From positions 101,866,001 to 101,930,000 of the forward strand of contig OZ286459.1 in NCBI GenBank assembly GCA_965644265.1: a stretch of 64,000 nt of DNA. Reading direction: 5' to 3'. Shown here one piece after another: positions 52,157 through 62,511 of this stretch; the stretch's first letter is position 1, and every line of letters starts with the position of its first letter. The notes under the pieces are model-generated. The model ran no database searches. It was not told where the DNA came from and worked only from the letters and a program-made list of their open reading frames with translations. The stretch is from Glycera tridactyla. Taxonomy: Eukaryota. Made by a program: the position numbers and the translations under genes.

Positions 52157-52548
52157 TAATTGTAAAGCTGGTTTGAAGTTGGCAGTTTGTAATTGAACAC
52201 ATTGGTTGAGTATTCTTCAACGTAATGCTTTTACTTGTTCCGAGTACTGCATTCTTGATTTGCAAAAAAAAGCATTGCTATCAGGCTTGGGTGTCAGCTT
52301 CCAGCCAGTTACTCAGTTGGATATGTCATCAATAGGTTTATCATGTTTATGCAGAGTAGGTAGAGGTGTGTCCGAATTATCAGCTACTTCCACTTGACAA
52401 GCTTTCGGGATTCCCCATCATCTTGGGTTCAGTGTTTGTGAGAGAGATGTCTGCAGAGGAGAGAACATCAAGCTTTCATTGACCTTGGATAGACGGCATA
52501 CATAACCTCAGGGTCGATATATGCCGTTTGACCTCAAACAAACAAAAA
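52157..52548 (+). mobile_element. Interspersed repeat family B copy 2
   Basis: Homologous to 49840-50222 and ends ATGCCGTTTGACCTCAAACAAACAAAAA. A third fragment (GGTAGAGGTGTGTCTGATCTGTCAGCTACT) lies at ~9196-9226. Confidence 0.7.
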
Positions 52549-53179
52549 GTCCTTGATTTTCCTGTTTTCGTGTCGGTGCTGGAGTGAACTCACTGCACTC
52601 TTCGTGTTACCTGAGCTGGATGACGTCGAGAGGTATTTCTGCGGGATATTTTGTGAAATAGGCTTTTCAAGGTCAACCACCTGACAGGTGGCGCTGAGGG
52701 AAACGTGCCTGCATTGTCTGCTACAGGGGGAGAGCACTAAAGAATCCTTTTGTGAGCGATATGTTGCATTTGGATCTCATGTTGGGATAGGCGAGTCGAT
52801 CGCCTCTCAGAATAGGTAATGAACATGGTGTTGCGGTGGGCATGCTATATTAGATGCAATCAGTCTACCACCTGCTGATATTTACCGGATCTATATCAGG
52901 CTTTCCGCCTCATTGATCCATTACCAATCATCAACCACATCAACTGTGATAAAGTTGAATACCCATTATGACCTTGGAAAAAGTCTCTTTAATTTATTGA
53001 ACCTGGATCTCAAAATGCAATAATCCGCCCGTTCTATCCACACTTGCGGATTTTTGTGATGCGACATCTGACTTCAATTATATTATGATGAAACAGAGGG
53101 AACGCCAGCTGATTAACCCTTCATAACAATTGTGATTGTATACGAAAAGGACAGGTCAGCGAGGGTTAAGATACAAAGA

Positions 53180-53280
53180 CAGTAATTTCTGCAGTAAAGA
53201 CGTCTCCATAAAGGCAACCTGTCTATAAGGGACACTCATGATGTGACCAAGGATGGTCCTCATAGATAGGTCTGACTGTA
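53180..53280. mobile_element. MITE family M, degenerate right arm
   Basis: Shares TGATGT(A/G)ACCAAGG(G/A)TGGT with the 28.8-kb copy and ends GGTCTGACTGTA. Confidence 0.6.
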
Positions 53281-53889
53281 ACAATCTATGGTGACATTAG
53301 ACAGTTTCACAACATCCTGAGCATTAGTGAAACGATTAAGTGTGGCTGTGAGGTTAATGGCTAGCGAGATCTGTTATCCTGAGTAATTCAACTGACAATC
53401 GGGATTAATCAGAAGTTGATTGGGAACACAAAATTACCGGCGCGTTATGGGGGAGAAATCACTATGATAGGCCTTTTTGTTTGGTGCCAGTGATATAGGA
53501 GATGTTTGACCTCAATCTAATAACAAGACACGACAACTATATATCAATGAAAACATATATAGTCCCAGCGCTGCATGACATGACCTTCAATATTGATGGC
53601 TGAGACACTTGTCCATACTTGCTCGGCTAAAGAAAATATTGCGTGAACGTGGCTGATGTTGCACATCTCATAGCGGTCATGATTACTGTAAAATGGGAAA
53701 TCATTTTACCTGCTAAAGTATATATGGCTATAGCTTGTTTGAGGCTTCTGCATCCCCTGCAGTCTAAACATAGCATGACATGATACGATAAAATATCCCC
53801 TCGGCAGCGACAGTACTATTCATCATTGTCAGTGTCTCTTCCGACAAGTCAGGTCTGTTGACAAGTTACAGTCTCTGTCTACATGAGAT

Positions 53890-55150
53890 TTTACCCGTGA
53901 TATCTTGTATGGTGAACCTGGGGTAGCAGGATTTATCGTGACATATTGTATGGTGTACCTAAGGTTGCAGGAATTAGTGAGATACCGTGTATGATGGACC
54001 TGAGGTAGCAGGATTTAGTGTTGGTGGACCTGGGGTAGTAAAAATTAGTTCGACAATTTTTATGGTGGACCTAGGGTAGCACGATTTAGTCTGACATCTC
54101 GTATGGTGGACCTAAGGTAGCAGGAATTAGTATGAAATCTTGCTTGGTGAACCCAGGGAGGCAGGATTTAGTATGACATCTCGTATGATGGACCTCGTGT
54201 AGCAGGATTCAGTATGACATCTTGTATGGTGGACCTAAGGTAGCAGGAGTCAGTATGATATATTGTATGGTGGACCTAGTCTAGCAGGATTTAGGATGAT
54301 ATCTTCCATGTTCGCCCTTGTGTAGCAGATTTTGGTATGGCATCTTGTATGGTGGACCTAGGGTAGCAGGATTTGGTTTGGTATATTGTATGAAGGACCT
54401 AAGGTAGCGGGATTTAGTATGATATCCTGTATGGTGGACCCGGGGTAGCAGGATTTAGTATGATATCCTGTATGGTGGACCCGGGGTAGCAGGATTTAGT
54501 ATGATATCCTGTATGGCGGACCCGGGGTAGCAGGATTTAGTGTGATATCTTGTATGGTGGACCCGAGGTAGCAGGATTTAGTATGATATCCTGTATGGCG
54601 GACCCGGGGTAGCAGGATTTAGTGTGATATCCTGTATGGTGGACCCGAGGTAGCAGGATTTAGTATGATATCCTGTATGGCGGACCCGGGGTAGCAGGAT
54701 TTAGTATGATATCCTGTATGGCGGACCCGGGGTAGCAGGATTTAGTATGATATCCTGTATGGTGGACCCGAGGTAGCAGGATTTAGTATGATATCCTGTA
54801 TGGTGGACCCGGGGTAGCAGGATTTAGTATGATATCCTGTATGGCGGACCCGGGGTAGCAGGATTTAGTGTGATATCTTGTATGGTGGACCCGAGGTAGC
54901 AGGATTTAGTATGATATCTTGTATGGTGGACCGAGGGTGGCTTGTATTCTACGTGATAGTTCTGTGCTAGCAGTTGTCGGTAGTGATATCTTACATGGTG
55001 GACCCAGGTAGCATATATTTGTATGAAATCTTGCTTGGTGGACCAGGGGTAGCAGGAATGGCTTTGAAATCATGTGTGGTGGATCTTGGGTGGACGTTGC
55101 GGTGCTAGGTTCACTATGACATTCTGTCGAATGGACCCTTGGTAGCAGGT
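53890..55150 (+). repeat. ~1.25-kb minisatellite, 41-bp unit GTATGATATCCTGTATGGTGGACCCGGGGTAGCAGGATTTA, ~30 units
   Basis: GATATC recurs at 54421, 54462 and onward. The core (54417-54920) is homogeneous and both flanks are diverged. Confidence 0.97.
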
Positions 55151-56129
55151 TCCAATAACTCTCGTATGATGTTTCCATTGGACCAGGATACGGTACACCA
55201 GCATATGGTTCTCATAGTGTCTTGTCCAGGACATATTCAAAATGAGCAACCAATTTCGCTTGAAGTTCATGAACAGCATAAGGAGGAGCCAGTATCAGTT
55301 GTTCCTATGGTATTGCGAATAGAACACGTCGAATGGATCTGAAACCTACATGCATGTGGGACATGAATAAAACAGGAGATTGTGAGGACATGATGGAACT
55401 AATGAGGCCAGCGCTGACATTCCCCCATTATTGTGATATATCATGCCGTCATATCATTGATAACCATTCGCTATCCTCACCTCATTGTCATCCATTCAGA
55501 ATCACACAATATTGCATGATGGATTCCTTTGTTTACAGCTTCAAGATATATATGCGGGAGTGGGTGGATCCTCAATGTGTTAACTGTGAACAATGCAGAG
55601 ATATATACGACCCCCCCCCCCCCTTTAGTGGAGGTGGGACCCAAACTCCATGATGTCATCAGTCACTTGGCACCAATGGTATAGGGCATTTGCCTTGTGG
55701 TATCGGANNNNNNNNNNNNNNNNNNNNNNNNNNNNNNNNNNNNNNNNNNNNNNNNNNNNNNNNNNNNNNNNNNNNNNNNNNNNNNNNNNNNNNNNNNNNN
55801 NNNNNNNNNNNNNNNNNNNNNNNNNNNNNNNNNNNNNNNNNNNNNNNNNNNNNNNNNNNNNNNNNNNNCATGTTTGTGGGTGTGATGCACAATTTCTCCG
55901 ACATCCTCACATGATCTTACCGTCTGTCACTCAGTCTTCTAAGTTTCATCTATGTTCATTGTACTCTGACACCTCCTCCACGTCTTCGACCTCCTCTACC
56001 CCTACCCCTCTTATCCTTCGAAAGATTGATAATCGGCTCAAAACCTCTGAGCTGTGATACAATATTCCATGGGAACAGGATGATTTAAGAGAGAGCTTCT
56101 TGATTCAAGCCGGTCTGGGTTTATTCGTT

Positions 56130-56345
56130 AGGGGGCCTTCTGGATGGCATCTACGTGAATTTTTCATGGATTTAATTGAACAAAAAAGAGGCATCGGGTT
56201 GGCATCTATGTTGAATATGCCTGAGTTTGATATAACAAAAGGGAGCCCTGCAGGTTGTCATCTACATGAAATGTTCCTGGATTCAATTTGACGAACAGGA
56301 GGCTTTCGGGTTGGCATTCATATGAAATGTGCCTGACTCTTTATG
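56130..56345 (+). repeat. Degenerate ~55-bp tandem repeat, 4 units (110-bp dimer)
   Basis: Recurring GG(A/T)TGGCATCTA..TGAA..T..CTG motif. Units 1/3 and 2/4 resemble each other most. Confidence 0.55.
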
Positions 56346-56739
56346 GGAAGACATGATGCATCTTGTAATTGAGTACCCTTTGCCTATGGTGAATGAAATA
56401 TCAAAAAACATTCAACGAAAACATGTATACAGACCAAAAAGATAGAGTCTCGAGTCGCAATTCAAGACATATTGCGAATTTCTATCTAGGGCACATTCAA
56501 AAACGAAATAACAGGTGCCGTTCTGGTGTTGAATTACGGATAATTGGTCACCATTGTAAGCTACCAGGCTGATTCCGCGATGTCGGCAGAAAGTGATACA
56601 CCTCTCATTCGCATCTCGAGTAAGACAAACGATTTTAGAGCCACGTGTGGGCGGTGTGGAGTTCATATCTGCTGAAATGGGTTTGATACGACTTTGGTTG
56701 CCTGGGGATTAGTCACGATGCCTTTATCTTAACGAAACC

Positions 56740-57050
56740 TCAGGTTACCTTCGAAGGAGGAAAATCCATGTTTTTGGCACTGGTTTTATGAGAGAAAAAT
56801 ATTTTCCAACAATGAGTACAGTAATCAGGCCAAGTAGTGCCACTCATTTTGGTGAATGACCCTTCTTCAATTACGAGGACAGACTCGCTGCATGAATGCA
56901 TTGCTGTATCATCCGCCACGATGGACATAGATCATCTTCAATCTCGATGCTTTGGCAAGAGTCGGTGAATTCCTTTCGGGTATCGGAATTGTCTTGTCCA
57001 TTGAAATCTGCCTACGGTCCACTTTGGGCTGCACGAGATACGAGTTCTGT
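56740..57050 (-). mobile_element. Degraded LINE RT remnant (YADD region)
   Basis: The - strand reads SIVADDTAMHSCSESVLVIEE..DYC..WK....KT..M.F, resembling YADDT..W...N.L.LN..KT..M.F. An upstream NSYL/DFNG-like piece is present. Confidence 0.5.
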
Positions 57051-57789
57051 CTCATTGCAATTGAAGAGTATCATATTGTCAATGTATTTTCTGGCTTTAC
57101 CTCATACATAGGCGAAACCGAGCCGTGAGGTGAATGAAAACATGATTAGACTAATGATGTCCAGCTTGCGATTAAGCCACCATCATGACTTATTATGCCA
57201 CAACATCATAGCTCATAATCGCTTCATCCGATGATGGCCTTCGTTTAATCAGTGACGCTGGCTAAGTGGGTGTCACCTAATCAACCATGCAGTGGGAGCC
57301 CTCCAGCATTGTTACCTAGGCATATAATGTGATTCTAACTCATGGATTGAGTGAATATCACTGATTTCACGATAATCGATTGATCCCGCCCATGCCCATT
57401 GAAGATGTCATACGAAATAACCAAGATAACTTTGAAGGATGAGCAGAGGGTGTGGGTAAGACTGGGGAAAGTTGATCTTCGATCAGAAACTGATATACAA
57501 GGATTTGAAGACAAACTCATGGAAATGATGGATTCATGAATTCCGGGAATGTTCACCCAACTCCACACAACATTACCTGGCAGACGTGTCTGACCGCCGG
57601 GCATCTTTGACTTCATAAGATGAACTAACTGCAGGATGTGAGCATTCTATAATTGCATCACTGCCTATAGTTCAGTTCCCATCCGACCCAGGTAAACTGA
57701 AAATTATACCAGTATGATAGAGATAGGCAGATAGATGACCTGGCATCTACAGAAAGTGTCTATGAAACCTATAACATTTTCATATGTAT

Positions 57790-58050
57790 GCGATACAAGC
57801 TGCATCATGCAATGCTCTCAAGCTCTCCCCTCCAAATTATCCACCACAGTCGCTCTGTCATCGGCGTATGCTGAAGCATAGAACTTTGTCCCATTGTGTC
57901 ATTCTAGACAATCACTGTGAAACTTTGGAGCATCGGGAGTGCTGAATACCTTGATGGACCTGAGAACCGCCATTCCTGAAACTATTTTCAACCATCAATT
58001 CCTAAAGGTTTTGCTATATCCCCCGCTGCATGTGGAGATACTATTTTCTG
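57790..58050 (-). mobile_element. Degraded RTE-like LINE RT remnant
   Basis: The - strand gives VHQG (57948-57959), then frameshifted SALPML..F.VIV, then SAYADD (YADD at 57857-57868). This resembles GVHQGSxLSPxLF...YADD. Confidence 0.6.
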
Positions 58051-59235
58051 TGATTGTCATTCTATGGCATGTGTTACATGTAGTCTGAACATCACTTCAT
58101 GCCCTTTTGTGGAAATCCATAATATGGCGACTTCTTGATTTCACACTAGAAATTAACATGAACTCGAAATGGATGGATTATGGAATGCCCTGTGATCATT
58201 TGGTAAGGGTTGAGCGTGAGAGACACTCTCATACAGAACATAGGTATGAGTTGATCTGGTTGGTACGATGACAGTCAATCTGCATGTTTCCACATGGCAG
58301 GCATAGCAATATCATTCATGGCATCTTCGCGGGTAGCTGCTGCCTCTTCTGCACTTCTGAGTGGATGGATGATGGTCAATACAAGACCAAGAACCACTCA
58401 CTTCCATCCTGATCATTGGCTCCATGATGAGATTGCTTCAACGTTCTCTCAGCCTCTCTTGTGCCCGTCTCATTATTGATATAGCAAAGGTAGGGATACG
58501 AATGAACAGCTCTTCTAGTATTATTAACATGCTTGAATAGCTATCGTGCTAGCATCTGCAGTTGTCAAGTACCATTGATGTTAGCAAGATGATGGTGGTT
58601 CTTGTTGTAGTGGCATACTCAATTATCGGGTATTCCGTCAGCTATTCCAACCAGTGGTATCGATTGCATATACTCGAGGACCCATTATGCAATCTGTAGG
58701 TAATAGGGTTTATCGTACTTATACCCAAGCAGAAGCGTTCGTTGTGGCTAACAATATCCCGTCTATATTCTTGGTTATATGGGTAACGTGAAATCAGCTT
58801 GACAGACCACAACAGACACCACTGTAATTGTACATATGTCGTTTACTTTTTCACATGCCTGATGGTGGAGTTTGTTTATCGATTTGAGTGTATATCATGA
58901 GAGGCTAATTACATATCTCATTCACAGTGCCTATAGTTCAGCTGAAAATGGCCGGTGTGAGTGAGTCAGTGAGGTTGTGCATATGTCTTTGTGTATATGT
59001 GTGAAAGGATAGGAATATAGATAAATAGTCAGATGGATCGATGAATAGACGGGTTGGGGACTGACGGACGGACGTACAGAGAGACGGATGGACGGNNNNN
59101 NNNNNNNNNNNNNNNNNNNNNNNNNNNNNNNNNNNNNNNNNNNNNNNNNNNNNNNNNNNNNNNNNNNNNNNNNNNNNNNNNNNNNNNNNNNNNNNNNNNN
59201 NNNNNNNNNNNNNNNNNNNNNNNNNNNNNNNNNNN

Positions 59236-59320
59236 GGACATGAGCGCTGGCAGTTTGTTGCTGGCGAGGGTGCCAAACTGGAAGGTTGATGGTTCAAATC
59301 CCATACAAGCCAAAAATAAT
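59236..59320 (+). mobile_element. tRNA-derived SINE head fragment
   Basis: B-box GGTTCAAATCCC next to a gap. An A-box-like head (TGGCACCAATGGTATAGGGCATTTGCC) abuts another gap at 55668-55707. Confidence 0.35.
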
Positions 59321-59392
59321 TTGGGCGTTTGGAACACAATTCATGTTGCCAGTACAATCTGGATGAATGGATAGGTAAATGTGCATGTATGT

Positions 59393-59423
<31 letters not shown>

Positions 59424-59559
59424 CATCAGCACAGATGGACAAGGAGACAGATTTATGGATAGACAAAAAGGACAGTCAGACATTAAGGTGAGTGTATTCC
59501 CGCGAGCAGATCATGTTTTATGATGTCGGCTCAGGTATCCGCCACCCTACAAAAGGATA

Positions 59560-61080
59560 AAACAGGAGTGAAGTGCAATTCATATCATAGCATCCCCTCA
59601 GCCCAAGCCTCTGGTGTAGAGATGTCTACCCATCATCAGTTGCGTGAGTTGTCGTTCAATGGCTGCTATCATCAGCAATCATCATTCTACTCCCGGGGTT
59701 ATCACCTTCTCATCCACTTCAGATGGGGTCTCATCTCTGTGCTTATATTGAAAGCACCTATAGTGGCCACATCTTAGATATCAAACCATTGAACTGATTC
59801 CCATCGATATACAAATAATTCTCTATATATCATTCTCTATGTCCATGCATACAAGGCATCTTGTTTCATTTCATCGACCCTGTATCACCTGCGGAGACCA
59901 CACGAGCCAACTGTCCTGAGCGTTAAGCCATGCATACAGCTACAAAAACAGCAGCCGAGGTGCTCCGGGCTGTGGCATTCTTCTGAATTTTTTTAGCGGT
60001 TTGCGTAGCTTGGCGTACAAGAAACCTTGTCTCTACACAGGTTAGGCGGTTGGTGTCGTGCTGAATCCAGCTTCAAATCCACAAGAAATAGGTTGATTTT
60101 TAAGAATGGAATATATACCTTCCAATGGTATACTGTAAAACATATATCCAATCCGTCGTTTTCCTCATCTATATCTTATATTCTCTCATATCGTCTCAAC
60201 GTCTATCGGAGTATGAATGACATGGGTAACATGGGAGTGATTCACCATCCATGATTGTATACAAATATCTATATTCGATGATATCTGTTTTCCGGGCACA
60301 AATGAATACTCGTCATGCCAGCAGTTACGAGACCAGTCAATCTTTTCAAACCATTGAAAAATCACCCAAGAGAGAATACGCCCCCAAAGATCAATCAACT
60401 CATATCACGGGAAGGGTCGGGATCTGTCAACCTCTCAGCAAATTGGTTGATGACAATACCTGTACGGAATATATTTTCCATTCAATGGCTTCGCCGACAT
60501 TCCATTTGTCCAGATTGCATGCCTAGAGTTATTTGGTAGTGAATATGACCATATGAAATGTCTGTGATTATTCAGGCTCACCTTCAAAAGAATCCGCTGA
60601 CATTCGATAAATGGCCCTGTAGTAACATCATATAAATGCAGACAAAAAGCCTTCCAGCAATGATGATACAAACACTTGATCTTGCTTCAGATTCTTGTCA
60701 GATATCCCAGTACATAACACTCTAACTGTGCCAATAGCTCCACATTATTCATACACATTGTGATTTATCACTGGTGGTAATGGTCCTCCATTTCGTCCCT
60801 AAACAAGCTAAACTGGCGATGCTGTGAAGATTTGCACTGGGTTGACCTAGGTGGATACAGATATGTCACTGAGCAACTTGAAATTACCATCATGACCACA
60901 GGCATGACAAAATGTAATGTCGTTGAAGCAATTGAATTGAAAAAGCTTTCTGGAAATTGACGAATGAACGGGATATTCCTCTTCCATTGCCTTTTCAGAT
61001 TCAGAGGATATTTTGCAGAATATAGATATGATCCAAACAGGAATGGTCGGACCGGAAGCCGTTCTATGCGTTCTCACGAA
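59560..61080 (-). mobile_element. Ancient LINE ORF2 remnant (RT domains 2-3 clear, 3' part very degraded)
   Basis: 60941-61078 (-) reads RENA*NGFRSDHSCLDHIYILQNIL*I*KGNGRGISRSFVNFQKAF, matching QxGFR..RSCxDHI..L....F.DFxKAF. Weak LRCGH and frameshifted DELHF-LLF-like traces lie ~1.3-1.5 kb downstream, at the expected distance. The lower boundary is uncertain. Confidence 0.7.
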
Positions 61081-61156
61081 TTGTCACTTCAAAGGGCCCT
61101 AGGTACGGATTGCTAATGACAGAAATGGTCTGAAAACGGGGCTAATATATATGTAC

Positions 61157-61162
61157 GCGTGA

Positions 61163-61195
<33 letters not shown>

Positions 61196-61300
61196 CGTGT
61201 GTATGTGTGTGAGTGTTGTGTGTTTTTGTGCGTGTGTATGTGTGTGAGTGTTGTGTGTGTTGGTGTGTGTGTGTGTGGGGGGGGGGTGTATGTGTGTGTA
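61157..61300. repeat. (TG)n microsatellite
   Basis: Direct inspection. Confidence 0.95.
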
Positions 61301-62099
61301 TTTGAGCAGCTGGAAATTTCAGTGGATATTTTCGAGCCTGTGCATTCCATTCACTACTGATTACTATACGCTATCAACTGGCAAGATTTAGTCTGTTGAT
61401 TTTTAATAAGTGCAAAATATCTAATTGCTTTGTGACCATATGACAGCTCGTTCCATGATGTTGGAGCCCTAACTACAAGATCCGTGCACGCTGTGCGAGT
61501 TCATATCATGAGAATGTTGAAAATAAATTTCATTTTACTTTGCCTAGTAGGGCATCCACTGTTCGGTGCAATGTGATACAGTTTGTTGACATGATGCTCT
61601 TTGTTGTCGAAGGGTGAAGTTCCGGACGTGAGGGGAGCTCTCAGTTTCATATTCGATCACCTGACACGAAAAGTGTGGAGAGAATTCCTACGGTCCATCT
61701 ACTTCACTTTTTTGGCATGTGATCACGGGATGCTGCGGGATATGGGCAATAACCTCCGAAGCAGAAGCTTACATTCATATTTCCTATATGATCATGTTCA
61801 GAACCAGAACCGGTGGCGGTGGTGGTGATGATCATGATGATAATGGGCATGTGCCTGTCCCCGGCGGGCTGATGTGTGCAAGTCATTGTCCTCTAGCCAA
61901 ACAAATTATGAAGAGAAACCGGAAATACTCCCCGCCAAGACCGGAAACCGGCTGAATGCTGAATGTATGACATATTTCAGGCCAGGCGTGCCAAGCTCCC
62001 GGCGTCTCTGTGGCCTTGGCAACATCACGGTGATCTATGTGCGATATGACGAGCCCTGCTCTTTCTCCTAGATGTACTTGAGTTATCACGAAATGTGAT

Positions 62100-62511
62100 A
62101 GTTAACGCCGAAAAGGCATCTTTACTTTTGAGATGAGGATGATATACAAACATGTTTCAAGCCATGCAATACTCTCAGACAGAGATTGGTACAAACCGGA
62201 CAAGAAGGAAAAAAGTGGGGATTGGTCTAATTGCTTAGCAGCATACGTTGGAGAAACGAAACCAGCCTTATTGTCACGACTCAAACAAAATCGTAGGCCC
62301 AGCAGGAAGCGCAGGAGTCGGTTGTGTACAACCACGTGAACTCAACTAGACATAATTTCAATGAAAGTTATGTGGTAATACTGGTTACTGAAAACGCTGA
62401 CTTGAAAGGGGAGTCGAAGAGGCCATTCATGAGAAAATAGAGAATCCATCACTGAACAAGAAAGGGGGTTTACGCCTCATACTTCTAGCCGCAATATTAC
62501 AACCGTTATGA
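62100..62511 (+). mobile_element. Penelope-like element remnant: linker and GIY-YIG endonuclease, frameshifted
   Basis: Across three frameshifts it reads FKPCNTLRQRLVQ / PDKKEKSG.WSNCLAAYVGETKPALLSRLKQNRRPS / QESVVYNHVNSTRHNFNESYVVILVTE / LERGVEEAIHEKIENPSLNKKGGLR (YVGET at 62244-62258). This is the canonical PLE endonuclease motif order. Confidence 0.9.

Noticed and set aside
49918-52397. Similar ORFs in both family-B copies (QKxALLSGLxVSFQPVT..., or VEVADxSDT.LPTLH... on the - strand) suggesting coding constraint
   Set aside because: Mismatches in the 45-codon block split 7/8/10 by codon position, so there is no real third-position bias. A 5-nt indel upstream breaks the frame, and each reading has a stop in copy 2.
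11005-55150. Global + strand G-skew of the tandem repeats (R-loop/G4 hypothesis)
   Set aside because: Four arrays are G-rich on +, but the (CA)n, (ATCC)n and (CATA)n tracts are C-rich on +, so the pattern is not consistent.
59236-59320. tRNA gene
   Set aside because: Only a B-box and no cloverleaf. It is better explained as a SINE head.
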